In this document: piece by piece, positions 38,033 through 50,109 of the stretch
How the letters are laid out: the number at the start of each line of letters is the position of its first letter
How positions within the stretch are numbered: position 1 is the first letter of the stretch
From: Octopus bimaculoides
Taxonomy: Eukaryota
Length of the DNA: 56,246 bases
Direction of reading: 5' to 3'
NCBI RefSeq assembly: GCF_001194135.2
Contig: NC_068994.1
Location: 22,809,907-22,866,152, forward strand
Translations under genes and position numbers: made by a program
Notes under the pieces: generated by a model
Told to the model about the DNA's origin: nothing
Databases searched by the model: none
What the model saw: only the letters and a program-made list of their open reading frames with translations

Positions 38033-39498
38033 TGTAGCATACTTCTCTCTCTCTCTGTTATATATACATGAATATGGACGTAGTATATAACAGCTAGCCT
38101 TTGGCCGCACCTTTGGTCCCTGTTGTGTCCACTACACTGATTGGTTGGTATTGGTGCAGTCTGTTTCTTGTTCTATTGCACGCCAAGATGCAACCCAACC
38201 AATTGCAGCCTTCAGATAAGGTCGCGTGAGACAGTCTTTTCTAAACCCCAGTTTGAGCCGACAGCATGTTATAAAAGCCAGCATCTCACCATCACAGTTT
38301 GTCAGTCTCTTGGCTCCAGACCTTTTGAGGTCTAGCCACTGACCAGAGCACACAGCCAGTTCCAGCGACGACACAACAGCAGCCACATGGAGACTCATCA
38401 ACACTTTGTCCAGCAGCATTCAGGACCTCCATCTACTTAACGTCATCAACAACTTCTTGCTACGTACACAGCAATCAGCAAGACTCGCACAGGTTCTATC
38501 TCAACACTGTTTGTGAATTACTTCACCATGGTTAACAGCAAATACAACCTGTGATAACCTCCTGTAACAAGAGACTGGCAGCAGCATTGAACCCACGACA
38601 TGTGCCTCTCCCTGGCTCTGCATTGCCACCACAACTTCTTGAAACAGCACTTCAACTACTGTGTACCTTGACTACGAACTGGTATTTATCATACTTGTGT
38701 TTAAACATTCTTCTAACATTATATTATAAACTCTTTCTATACTCTGAACTTATTGCACACGCATACATCCATGTTTGTATACACATACACTTTATTTACA
38801 TGACGGCCTGTCTATTATTATGTTTATATGTCACACTCACACAGACACACAAGTTAACATATAAATAAAATCTCTTAAACCTTCTACCGGTTGTGTCTCT
38901 CGTTTCCTTCTGGCACCTATACTCATTTAACCTTTTTCCTTCCATGAACTATGTATGGAATTGTGAAGCACCCAGCAAGTGCTAATCCACATTTTCCTAC
39001 AATTGGTGACCCCGATGTGATCACGCGGTCATACCCGACGTGATTCCAACATGCAACCCAACGTTCACACGGACATTTACAAAATGGTGACCCAGTGCCA
39101 GTTTCATGACCAACCGCTCTTTCTCCTTTTCGCTACAGTTATTTCATCCTTTATCGTCTATTTTGCCTTGCACAAAATGACTGGTGGGGGGCTCTGTAGC
39201 GTACTTCTCTCTCTCTCTATTATATATATATGAATATGGACGTAGTAGATAACAGCTAGCCTTCGGCTGCACCTTTGGCCCCTGTTGTGTCCACCACTCT
39301 GATTGGTTGGTATTGGTGCAGTTTATCTCTTGTTTTATTGCATGCCAAGATGCAACCCAACCAATCGCAGCCTTCAGATAAGGTTGCGTGAGACAGTCTT
39401 TTCTAAACCCCAGTTTGATCCGACAGTCTCTTCGCTCCAGACCTTCTGAGGTCTAGCCACCGACCACAGAGCACACAGCCAGTTCCAGCGATGATACA
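38033..39498 (+). mobile_element. Non-autonomous LTR mini-element (969-bp 5' LTR, 193-bp interior, internally shortened 3' LTR)
   Basis: 5' LTR runs TGTAG...CTACA (38033-39001). PBS TGGTGACCCCGATGTGAT at 39004-39021. G-rich PPT before the second TGTAG at 39195. GACA duplication at 38029-38032 and 39499-39502. Confidence 0.85.
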
Positions 39499-40049
39499 GA
39501 CATAATGTGGGATTCCTATATTTCATTACACCTAACTTAGCAGATATTATAGCGTCAACATTAGAAAACTGTATGAAGAATGAAGAAACATATAGGTATT
39601 TATCCTGAACGTATTGAAAACTTTAGGTCTACCATCAATGAATCACATCTTTTAAGTCAGGCTAACAAGAGTGACTATATCTAAACATCTCATATAGACA
39701 AAAATAGTGCTACTCATACCATAAATAGGACATTGCATAACTATAGAACTAATGGTGTATGTAATTTCCAGAAATCTAGTAAACATCGTCTAGATAAACA
39801 ATGTCTAAAGAAGGTGTCAACATTTTAGTGATATCCATTTGGCAGCTGATGATGGGAATACACATTGGTTATGTTTGATTGTAAACTTTTTATATCTTAG
39901 TCCCATTATTCTAAGTTGTCCTTCATTCCTGTAAAGTGAAAAGTGTTTGTGGATTCATAGTTTGTGAGGATCACTTATATTGGTTAAGGTTGGATTTGTT
40001 TATAGGTAATCTTATTGGGCTTAGATATTGGTGTCTAGTTTTGAGAGGT

Positions 40050-40330
40050 TCTGTGGCATAATGTATATAGGTTTCATCAAAACATCTGAGAGTATCTATG
40101 ACCGCATAGGTTCTTCTGCTACAAAATCTAAGGTCAGAATGCATAATCACATTACCACTTTTAAATACAAAAGAGAAGAAAATAGTATTTCATTAGCTAG
40201 GTTTATCTGGGCTTTCAAAGAGAAGAATGAAGAATACCTTATTTCACAGTCCAATTGTAATCATAACCTAATCAACAAATGTAATGAATTATTGATTTGT
40301 TGTTCTCGTTTATTTAGTAAACCATTCTTA
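40050..40330 (+). mobile_element. Penelope-like GIY-YIG relic
   Basis: MYIG...KVRMHNHITTFKYKREENSISLARFIW...NLINKCNELLICC. Confidence 0.7.
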
Positions 40331-42057
40331 AAATTTCTGTGCCAAGATCTCACTTAACTCATGAGGGTGTAAAGAAATAAACTCTATACCTATGGTATGT
40401 TATTAATGGTTCTTCCTCTTCCTTCTTAATTTATACATTATATCATATTTATTGGAATCCTTTCATAACTGACTTGAATATAAACAAATAAATCCAATGT
40501 TTTCTTCTTCCTTCTTAATATGCTAACCATATAATATTAGTTGCAAAATTTTACTAAATGATCTTGAATTTTTTAATTAATTTCCCTAAGTTGAGAACCA
40601 AATATAATTTCGTTTAATGTTTCATATATCTGAATATTTTTTATTTAACAAAATTCAATTTAATGCTTGTTAACTTGATTTTTCTAAATTGAATTGATAT
40701 GGCAAATTGTTAGATAGTATCTTCTTTAAAAGTTACTTAAAACTTAACTGATCTGCCACACTACTTATCCATTCTGCTATGGACTGCCACTAAATAAAGA
40801 CATTAAATAACAAACATTACTAGAGCTCCTTCTCAGAAACTTCTATGCACAATATTTGATAATATTTTGACCATTCTGTTTATGAACTTTGCATGTAGAT
40901 AACAAAGAAGAGAATGTAATATGATATTTACATTGTTGACTTCCTATACCTCCACAACTGTGTTAGAAACAGTCTTTGAAAAATCTAACAGCAACTTTTG
41001 AGCTCCATTGAGAAAAATGTGTAGGATGACTGTTCCATTATTTAATTGATTATTCAATTCTCTGATTATATGTAGAAACCATTGTATGATGAAAGTATGG
41101 TTATGCAGGATTTTCAAAACATACATCAGCAAATAAAGTCATATAAGAATATAATCCTTAATTCTTTATCTAATTATTGTTACACACTGTGATTAATATA
41201 CCAACTCAACTATTGGTGAACAATTTTGAATTTACAGTTTGTATCTGTCACAAGATATATTTAAACCATACAGATTACAACCTTCAATGAGCATTCATTA
41301 GCTAGGTTCACTGCATGAAGTGTTTTCCTGGATTTCTTTAATCCCTAACACACACACTCACATACACATTTACATATATGTGCCTTTGCACTTGTGTGTG
41401 CACTTTAAGTCTGTTATAGAAACATTCAGGTTTCTTAACCTAAAAATGAGTATAGACACTTAACATTGAGTAGGCAATATTCTGGTTGTTACCACACTAG
41501 ATCTTATTATTAATCAGTATCAATTCTGTGAGAAACGCGCATACTTTAACATAGCATCCTGCTACCTTCAAGAGCCTCATGGAAGCAGTGTACTGAAACA
41601 TCTTCAACCTGTCACCTAGTAAACAGATCTTCAATTGGGTGGCTTCTGCTACAATGATGCCTTTAAGACCAGTGAGTGTGAAAACAATATCTGCAATGAC
41701 TCAAGCCAGGGCAACACCAAAAGAACAAAGAAAAGAAGCTTATCTTTTCACTCAACATCAGGTCTAATTTACATATATGGTTTTGTTTAATTTAACAAAC
41801 AGGCATTTCCCACATGATCACAGTTCAATAGACACATAGTTAAGATCACTTACTACTGCACTCCAAGCATGAAACAAATCATTACATGCAGACATACTCC
41901 TACTGCAGAAGCTGGACCTTCATGCAGAATTCTTGCAGTATGCTCGATGAATGGAGTATTTAACTCCACACCATTATTTATGAAGCAGATGTAAATGTGA
42001 GTATTCATGTAGCTTCTCTACAACAAGAAACCAGTCCTTTGCCTTTGGCCCATTGGA

Positions 42058-42120
42058 TTCTGTCAAACCATCCAATCCATGCCAGCATGGAATATGGATG
42101 TTAAATGATGATGATGATGT
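42058..42120 (+). mobile_element. Short RTE-family tail remnant
   Basis: ccatccaatccatgccagcatggaa...gttaaatgatgatgatgat. Confidence 0.6.
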
Positions 42121-42324
42121 AACATCTATAAATGGAAACCAGAACACCAAACTAAAATGGCATACTGGATTGACTTAAGGACCTTTAAAGTAAGAATTCT
42201 TCAATCACATCACATCATTCAAAAACATCACAGAACAAAATATGACAAAACTTACAAACTACATTTGGTAATCAAAAGAAAATTATACAGTTTGACATCA
42301 GCTGATGAATGCTGCCAAAAGGAG

Positions 42325-43245
42325 TTTAGGACATTTAACACCCCCCCCCCCCCGGACAATAACCTCCTAGGACAATTATCCCTAAGCAGTTAACCCCTGA
42401 TGCATACCATATTTTCTGGTGTATAAGCCGCTATTTTTTACCTAGGAAATTTAGTGTGCGGCTTAGAGAAAGGTGCGCCTAATGTGTGTATTTTTTATAA
42501 GTTTCAGGAGGAAAATAATTTGTGTATGGAGATCGAATGATTCCACTGATTTTTTCAGAGAAAAAGTCAGTCGGTGAACAACATGAAAGACTACTGCTAC
42601 AGTACATTGGTGTCCAGAAGAAAACAAAGCATATTTGTTTTGTTTTACCTTCATGTTTTGATAATATTATTTTTAATCTACTAAAGACTTTAATGTTGAC
42701 AAAATGTGTTTGTTGTTGATTATAGTATGATAAAATCATGACAATAACAATACATCTCATAGTTGCAAAATAAGGCATTTTGAAACTACATATACGTCAA
42801 CAACAAAAAGGCTAGCTGCGGATCTGTAGCTCTGTAGGTCTTTTAAACACCAGTATGTTTTATGTGTGAATAAAACCAAAATCTTCCCCAAAATTTGGCC
42901 CTGTGGAAGGGTAGCACAGGAGTTTTTTTTTTTTATCAAATGCTGGTTGTTGCCACCCAAACATTTGGAAGTTTTTAAAATATATCAAAAGAGAGCAAGC
43001 ATTACAACAAGAACTTATGATTCAATCCTTGATGGGTTTTGCAAACAGCCATCTAGAAAGAAATATTTTGATGTTTCAGCTTGTATTAATGCTGAAGTTT
43101 GCAATTATGGAAACATAAACGTAATACAATATTTGTGAGGAATCGTGTATAATTTGCACTTTTAGATGATAATTTAAAACTACTTAATATATTGAAGAGG
43201 GAGTAATTGTCCTACGGGGTAGTTGTCATCGGGGGCAACTGTCCT
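42325..43245 (+). mobile_element. MULE-like relic with GGACAATT sub-terminal inverted repeats and a possible nested Tc2/pogo-like MITE (~42404-42855)
   Basis: Left end ggacaataacc..ggacaattatccc; right end gggagtaattgtcc..ggggcaactgtcc. Peptide RKKYFDVSACINAEVCNYGNINVIQYL*GIVYNL resembles an invertebrate MULE C-terminus. The nested piece starts TA-CCATATTTTCTGGTGTATAAG. Confidence 0.45.
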
Positions 43246-44349
43246 GATACAGCCAAGAGATGTAAGTTCTGAATAGCAGAAATGAGTATAATCCTAAGGA
43301 AGTTGCAGAAGCCAAGCTTATATCTCAATATCAAGACAGAGAACTTCATTCTCAGAATACACAAGAGAAAACTCATATATAAACATTGAACAACATTATC
43401 ATAGGTCCCCCACTAAGCTTCTTGTCCTTTGTAGATCTTTACCTTGTTTCACTGTAGGTTTTCCCAAACCGTTCCAACTTCCTGTTTCTTTGACTCAGTC
43501 CTGTCTTCTACCCTCTCTCCAGTTTTCTTCCCCATCCAACTCCCTATCTATTTCTCAGCTTGCTTCCTCTTTCTCTCAATCTCTCTTCACCCCATTATTT
43601 TACAAATTGAGTGTCTATGAGCAAGTGTATATGTGTGGGGGTAGATGGAGTGAGGGTATGCAAGCTCACCTTCCAAACATGACAACAGAGATAAAAACAT
43701 AATTATAGTTTCAGTACATTTTATAGGGATTGGTGAGCGGAGTGATATCTTTGCATATATGATGCAAAATGTAATAAAAACACGGAGCATGTACATTTTA
43801 TTACAAAGTAAAGCTTTTTTAAAAAATGAAAACTGTTCTTCATGTCGCAGATTATTGAAATAATCGAATAGGACTGCAGTGTGACAATATATGGGAAAAT
43901 AGTTATAAACATATCAAAATATGATTAAATTATTGATTTAACTGGTGATGGGAGTTTTTTTTAGCTTAAATATACCTGAACAAGGAGTATAACCCATAAA
44001 ATGTCATAAAATATAAATAATTGAACCTTCTCTTAAAAGGGGTTATTTTTTAAACTTTAAATAAAATCTTATTACTCAGGCTTATTTCTCATATGAGACA
44101 GAATTAAACGTCTAATATCTGTATATTTTGCCAGATTTTCATAATGAACTAATATCTCTTCAATGACTGATTGATACTATTAACTTCAAGGGAACTGGGA
44201 CATAGTATTTGTAACATTCATGTGTTTCCTAACAGCATGAGTAAGATAAAAATAATCTTAGTTTTCCATTGAAACTTTGTTGCAGATTCAGTATAGTCAC
44301 CATTTTCTTTATACAGATTAATAAGAAAGTTTAGAATATATCTTCTTAC

Positions 44350-44551
44350 CTGGAGAGGAACAAATACAAGAACAACATTTATGAGACAGCAAATTGCAAG
44401 CTTCAATAAAGTCGTGCCAGTAACTTAGAGATGTTATTCCAAACATTGGTGATGACATAAACAATTCATCCTCAATAATGCTATGTCGCCATTTTACTGG
44501 AAAAACACAAAAGGAAAGGCATTCATCAGTAAATGGTTTTCTTTCTTTTTG
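44350..44551 (-). CDS. Upstream exon of the Fem-1-like gene; probable start ATG at 44458 (MSSPMFGITSLSYWHDFIEACNLLSHKCCSCICSSP)
   Basis: Acceptor ttttccattttacag|C and donor CCAG|gtaaga. Only one frame is open across the exon, and it ends in phase 1, compatible with the 17882 exon. Confidence 0.6.
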
Positions 44552-45710
44552 CTGTAAAATGGAAAATACTTCTGAAATGTGAATTATTTTTATCAAAAGA
44601 AATTAATATCTTTGAAAGTTATTCAGAATTGATATGGAGAGTAAATTTTAAGACATCAGATATAATTACATTTTAGTAAATAAAGCTACTATGGATTTTT
44701 AATTATTTTGGACTATATATTTTGGTTTTTGAGTTCCATAAAAAAGCTGCATTATTGAAGTTAAGCATTTAAAGTAAACAAACTTCATAGAAGACCAAAG
44801 GGGAGGCATATGCTTGAAACATAAGAGAATACATCTTTGTAGTAACAGACAAAAAGATAAATTTGACCAGAATAAAAAAAATTTCACAGCAGATAATTAT
44901 CAATATAATTCTATCCTGAATTTTATTCAATAACCTACAGCAATAAAATTGTTACAATCCTTTTGGTGAATCTATGAATGAAATCTTACAGATGACTCCA
45001 CTTAACAATTTCTCACAAATCTCAGTCATCACATCGTTCTAGCAACTAAATTTGTTTAACAAAAAGTGTGAATATCTGGATATTTAGATATATATTTTTT
45101 TTCATCTAAACATGAACTGATAAAACAATATTCATATATGCACACTTCTAAGTTTCATCTAGAAAGAGAAGTAACCCGTTGGCGGTGCCTCAAGTATAGA
45201 CACGGCTCTCGAACCGAAACTAGTAAAAGAATAAAAGAGTAATGATAAATAAATCCACGTACACCTACAATCTGCAAACTTTATCTTTCTGTCGATGCTT
45301 CTGTGCTACTCTACTTGAATTACTTCATCCCTTCCTTCTTGACAATTTCCAAACTCCATCTTAAACGTTATCTTGAAAAGAGAGGGATAGTAGAAACATA
45401 AACTAGCTTTATTGCCAGTGAAAGTTTTATTAATAGGACATCCAACAAACGCTTTCGAAGCCTTACATCTTCAAGTTTATTGAGTGTGGGTCAACATGGA
45501 AACTACTCACTAGAGTGTTAGTGCTTTTATCGTCAGGAATCTTATTATTGGTGATCATTTCGTCTTTTTAGGGTTGTCTAGGATTACATTATCTTGTGTG
45601 CCCGCTCCCTGTTTTAAGATAATGGGATGTAGTTTATGATTTTGTCACTCCTGTTAGGTCGAACGACCTGTAGAGAATCCCTCACTGGTTCGCGGTTTAT
45701 ACCGACTCAC

Positions 45711-45850
45711 CTTCTCTCTCTCTCTCTCTCTCTCTCTGTCACACTTCACTGTTTCTCTCACACCCCATTGTCTCACTTCACCTTTCTTCTCTCACGAGTG
45801 CCAATGCATTAATATATTTGCAATGTGTCTGTGACAGTGTTCCGTAAAAC
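45711..45850 (-). other. Possible alternative first exon (5' boundary approximate)
   Basis: Consensus donor GAAG|gtgagt at 45711/45710, with local CpG enrichment. Confidence 0.35.
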
Positions 45851-46807
45851 AAACCTTGTAATGATTTTTTAAAAATATTAAGCAGATTAAGATACATGTC
45901 TTAAAAGTGTTGTTATGTAGGGTTGGAGTTAATGTTTTCCCTCAAACTATTTACAGTAAACAAAAAAGGATCTGTTATTAAAACTCACAGAATCTAGTCT
46001 TTTCCCTTTATATTTGTTTATTTTGATTAGACGCAAAACCGCTATATCGTAAAAGAGGAGGAAAAAATTGACTACGGTTGATGTGTAGAGTAGAAAATCA
46101 AATGTATGATCGAATCCGCGTTGTGGACTTGTCTTGATTACCTGTTTTTGCTATGTTTTTTACGGTGCTTACTTTTATTTTCAATTACATTACTCATAGC
46201 AGCCATTTGAAAAGTAACGAATTAACATATTTCAAGCAGGTTCTTATAAAGCTTTAATTTCTTCACATCAATTAAGATTGCTTCCATAATTACTCGATTA
46301 TAAACATGAAGCAAATCATACAGAGCAAAGGATGGAGAAAGACAGATTTTGACATTTAATAACAACTATTGAACAATAATAATATTTTACCGATGACAGA
46401 ATGACATCAACTTCACGGAATCAAAATTAAATTTATGAAATTATGTCTCGGTATTTTCTCAGTTATTCTCATAAATATATCAAGAATGGATCTCGAGGTT
46501 CAAGTTCGCATCCTATCGAAATTATTAATTTCTCACCATTTAAAATAATCTTAAAAAACAATGGCTTAATTAGTCAGCTTATCAATGTTGCTACTTATGC
46601 AACTGATAGTCAAATTATGTCTTTTATACCTAGAAAAATTTTCAGTAATATTTTCCACCCTCCTCTAATACAGACGGAATCGAACCCTCGATGTTAAAAA
46701 TAAAACCATAAAACCAAAAATATAAATCCTTCTAGCCGAGAGAGTCTGATACTTTTGACTGATATTTTGATTCTCGTCAGAAAAAGAAAATAAACACGAA
46801 GACTTAC

Positions 46808-46920
46808 TATTTCCCAAGAAGCGGTGGGGCCTAAAGAGAGAAGAAACGAGAGGATAAATCGTTTGAAGTGAAACTAACAGTGTCTACGTTAAAGGGAAAA
46901 GCGAACACCAAGTCGTAACC
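46808..46920 (-). other. Probable non-coding first exon of the Fem-1-like gene (5' boundary approximate)
   Basis: Consensus donor ATA|gtaagt at 46808/46807 in a CpG-richer region. Confidence 0.45.
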
Positions 46921-47227
46921 ATTCGTGTAAACGAATCAGTGCCACGGTTTCGATTCCCAGGCTAGTAAAATTTCGCATCACCTTTCTCATGTAAAGTATA
47001 GAGGTACCGAAACGTATTCACCCACCAACTGAAATCTAATATTTCCTATATATAGGTAAGAAATCAAAAATTTGAAGGAAATGTCGAGTAATATAAAGGA
47101 GGTGGAAGTTCCCGAAACGTTGAACCCGCGAATCGGTTTCAATTCCTGGTTAAATCTATTTCATTTCTCACACACTGTGCCTGCTAGAAAGCCATGAATA
47201 GCAACACTTTGCTCTCCTCCTAAACGG

Positions 47228-47430
47228 CCTAGTAGTAGTAGTAGTAGTAATAATAGTAGTGGTGGTGGTGGTGGTAGTAATAGTAATACTACTACTAGTA
47301 GTTGTAGTGGTAGTAGTAGTGGTTGTGATGGTAGTTGTAGTGGTGGTAGTTGAAGTGGTAGCAGTAGTAGTGGCAGTAGTAGTGGTAGTTGCAGCAATAA
47401 AGTAGTCGTAATTGTTGGTGGTGGTTTAGT
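47228..47430. repeat. GTA/GGT trinucleotide low-complexity tract
   Basis: Direct inspection. Confidence 0.85.
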
Positions 47431-49789
47431 AATTATTGTGTTTATTATATGAAATACTCAGATTATATCTACAGACAGCAAACTAATGTGATTCACTAGT
47501 GTCCATGGTAAGTGTGCTTCATCTCAAATTGTTATACAGTATTACTTTAAATGTTTGCAATGTAAAACAAATGACAACAAAAGGTATCAGTCTTCAGCTG
47601 TGTTATTATAAAACTACACTGCTATACAGCAGTGGTATATAAACAACGCATGAGTATACTGCAATAGTGTATGGTAGGATATAAGCGCAATATTATAGAG
47701 CATGTACACTAATAACTTAGGGCAGATTTGTAGAACAAAGAACGGTAATGTATGAATACATGTAACAGTAAGAACAAAAAATATTTGCAGTATCGTTTCT
47801 AGTTTACAATTAGTGATTTGATTTCTGTTGAATGAAAAGTACGAAGTTATATTTCTATCAGAAGTGTAAGGTAAACCCTTTGATTAGTTAGACTATGAGG
47901 AAGATGAGCGTGTCTGGCTCGGTTTCATTCCTTGGAGACAGGTGTCAATATGTGTTACGGAGATTCTCTCGTTGTACAGACGGCGCTGGCATACTTTTGT
48001 GTTATATAGATTCATTTGTTGTTTTATTATCTTCATATATGTTAGACGTTTAGTGAAAAAGCTGGTGCCACTTGAATTAACTCAGTAATTTGTTCTCACC
48101 TGTTGCGGTTGGTGATGAACAAAGTTGTTTCCAAGGTCTTTTTGCAATGTCTCTATGGTTGCAGAATAACTGTGAAAAGATTTCCGAATAGATATTGGTT
48201 TGTCATGTGTCCTACATACACTTGTTCATCACAACTGGAATTTCTCCAAAAGTGTGTGGATACAGAGAAAAACTTTCCAAGACCTAATTTACAGATTGAG
48301 AACATAGTTACTTTTTTTTCTTCTTGGTACTCAATGATCACTGGAGAGACTATAGTTTTCCTGTAAACATTAAACTATATTAATAACTATAGATATTTTC
48401 CTTTTATATATTGGAACGTACCAAATATTGTATTGGTTTTTGCAATAATGGTACACATTATGGTATGGTTTTTACTGAACGAATGACGGTGCCATAAATC
48501 ACAGAAAACACCAGCTGAGCTTTGTACGTTAATCTGTTGTAGGGTTGGGATCACTTGTTCTGCTTTCGCACTATAATGAAGTGAAAGAGGAATTTGTTAG
48601 ACAATCGTGCTCCAGCATTTTATATGCAAAATCGCAAATTGGTGTAACTATTGAACTAATAAAGGCATAGCATTACCTGGTTATAACAATGACCCTGATC
48701 TATGTATAAGTCAAAAACTAGTAGCCATGGAAAAAACTTTTCTCAAAAATATCATGAAACAATTGCTTAAGCAATGTCATTTATATTTATTGCCCATTGT
48801 ACCAACAAAATATATTGTTCAATGATGCAATTAAAATTATGACAACACAATTAGCAGAGAACTTTTAACAAATGCGTAACATAATTCTTATATTACAACA
48901 GATTACTCAGAATTGTCCAGTTTCTCCTTGTCATCAATTTCAGCATATGTTTCGTGTATCTGAAATACATCTCTGCAAGCATGTTGATTTTGTTTTATGT
49001 CAGTTCCCAATGTAACTGATTCAAAAAGTCTTACTTGGTACGAGTATAGTTGCACTGTCAAATTACAGCATATTTTTTTTTACCAAATATGCGTCAAGCA
49101 GTCACATTACAAGTCCGGGCACTATCATACATTAGCCATAGACGACCAGTCACTTCCTCGATTCACTTGTGCCAATCTTTCTCATATTTCACATACAACG
49201 GATCATATTCACTTCGTTGTTCCTCATTTGTAACAGACCTTTTCCATTTACTTCTTATTTTCCGTTCCATACTTCCTTCTAACTCCAACTTGTAATTAGT
49301 ATAATTATTTCACCTAATGTGAGCCATATGGGCAGACTGTAAATGACCGACCATAGTGTTAGCTACTCCAGTGTATCAGGTACAGTTTTGTTTGGACTTT
49401 CTACATTTTTTCCTGCAGCGTAATAATTGGTACCTAATGTCTATAAGTTGCATCATAATACAGCTGTATTACTACAAGCATTATTGGATTGACTTCTGTA
49501 TTGCAGAAAAACTTGAATGTTAGTTCTCAAGTGTTTATTCAGTTTACTGTGCATAAAACATAATCACGTATATATGCACAGAAGAAAAACGGGGGGTTTT
49601 GTCGTTTATTTTTGTAGATATAATTCATACTTTGGAAGATCTGAGAGTAAGCTTGATTTGTAAATAGAAAAAGTAATTGCCTGGAGAAAGGAAAATGATG
49701 TTTTTTTTTTTTTTTTGATTATGAGGAATAGATTTGTCCTTTCTTACAGAATTAGAGAGAAGGAACAACCTGTGTGTAAGACAGAAATG

Positions 49790-50109
49790 GAGAGAAAAGC
49801 AGTCGGCGACAAAAGCAGTTGGTCCCGGTTGTCAGTTATCTTCCCTGAGTAGCTCTTTACAAACTCTGGACGCCGCTACCGCCGTCGGCAGCAGGATTCA
49901 GCTGAGCTTCGTCCATCAATATTTATTTGGAGTTTTCAATGTTTTCTCTACTTCTTTCAAATGATTGTTTATAATTATCAGACGAAATTTAAAAATAAAA
50001 ACAAGTGTATTACAAAATAAATTTGGCAAAGTAATGTAGCGAAGTGACAATGGTAATTATGACAACTACGTTGGGTTTCTTCGACGGAATCTATTTTCGT
50101 TTACGAAAG
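49790..50109 (+). other. Probable first exon of a divergent plus-strand transcript
   Basis: GC/CpG-rich 5' segment ending at the strong donor AAAG|gtaagg (50109/50110). Strong downstream acceptor ttcttttattcttgcag|G at 53078/53079. Confidence 0.5.

Noticed and set aside
39844-39910. CTGATGA followed by a TGGGA/TCCCA stem (also CTGATGA at ~42302)
   Set aside because: No GAAA or cleavage triplet follows, so a hammerhead cannot be formed.
45618-45636. ACTACATCCCA resembling the ZNF143/Ronin promoter motif
   Set aside because: Lacks the 2-nt spacer of ACTACAnnTCCCA.
46940-47150. Two B-box-like motifs (ggtttcgattccc, ggtttcaattcct)
   Set aside because: No cloverleaf or matching A-box; not callable as tRNA genes.
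47161-47397. Leu/Pro-rich ORF, and similar ORFs at 10021-10288 and 51359-51620
   Set aside because: Translations of trinucleotide low-complexity repeats.
48103-48366. SSCDEQVYVGH, a possible further GIY-YIG remnant on the minus strand
   Set aside because: Too short and degenerate to support a feature call.
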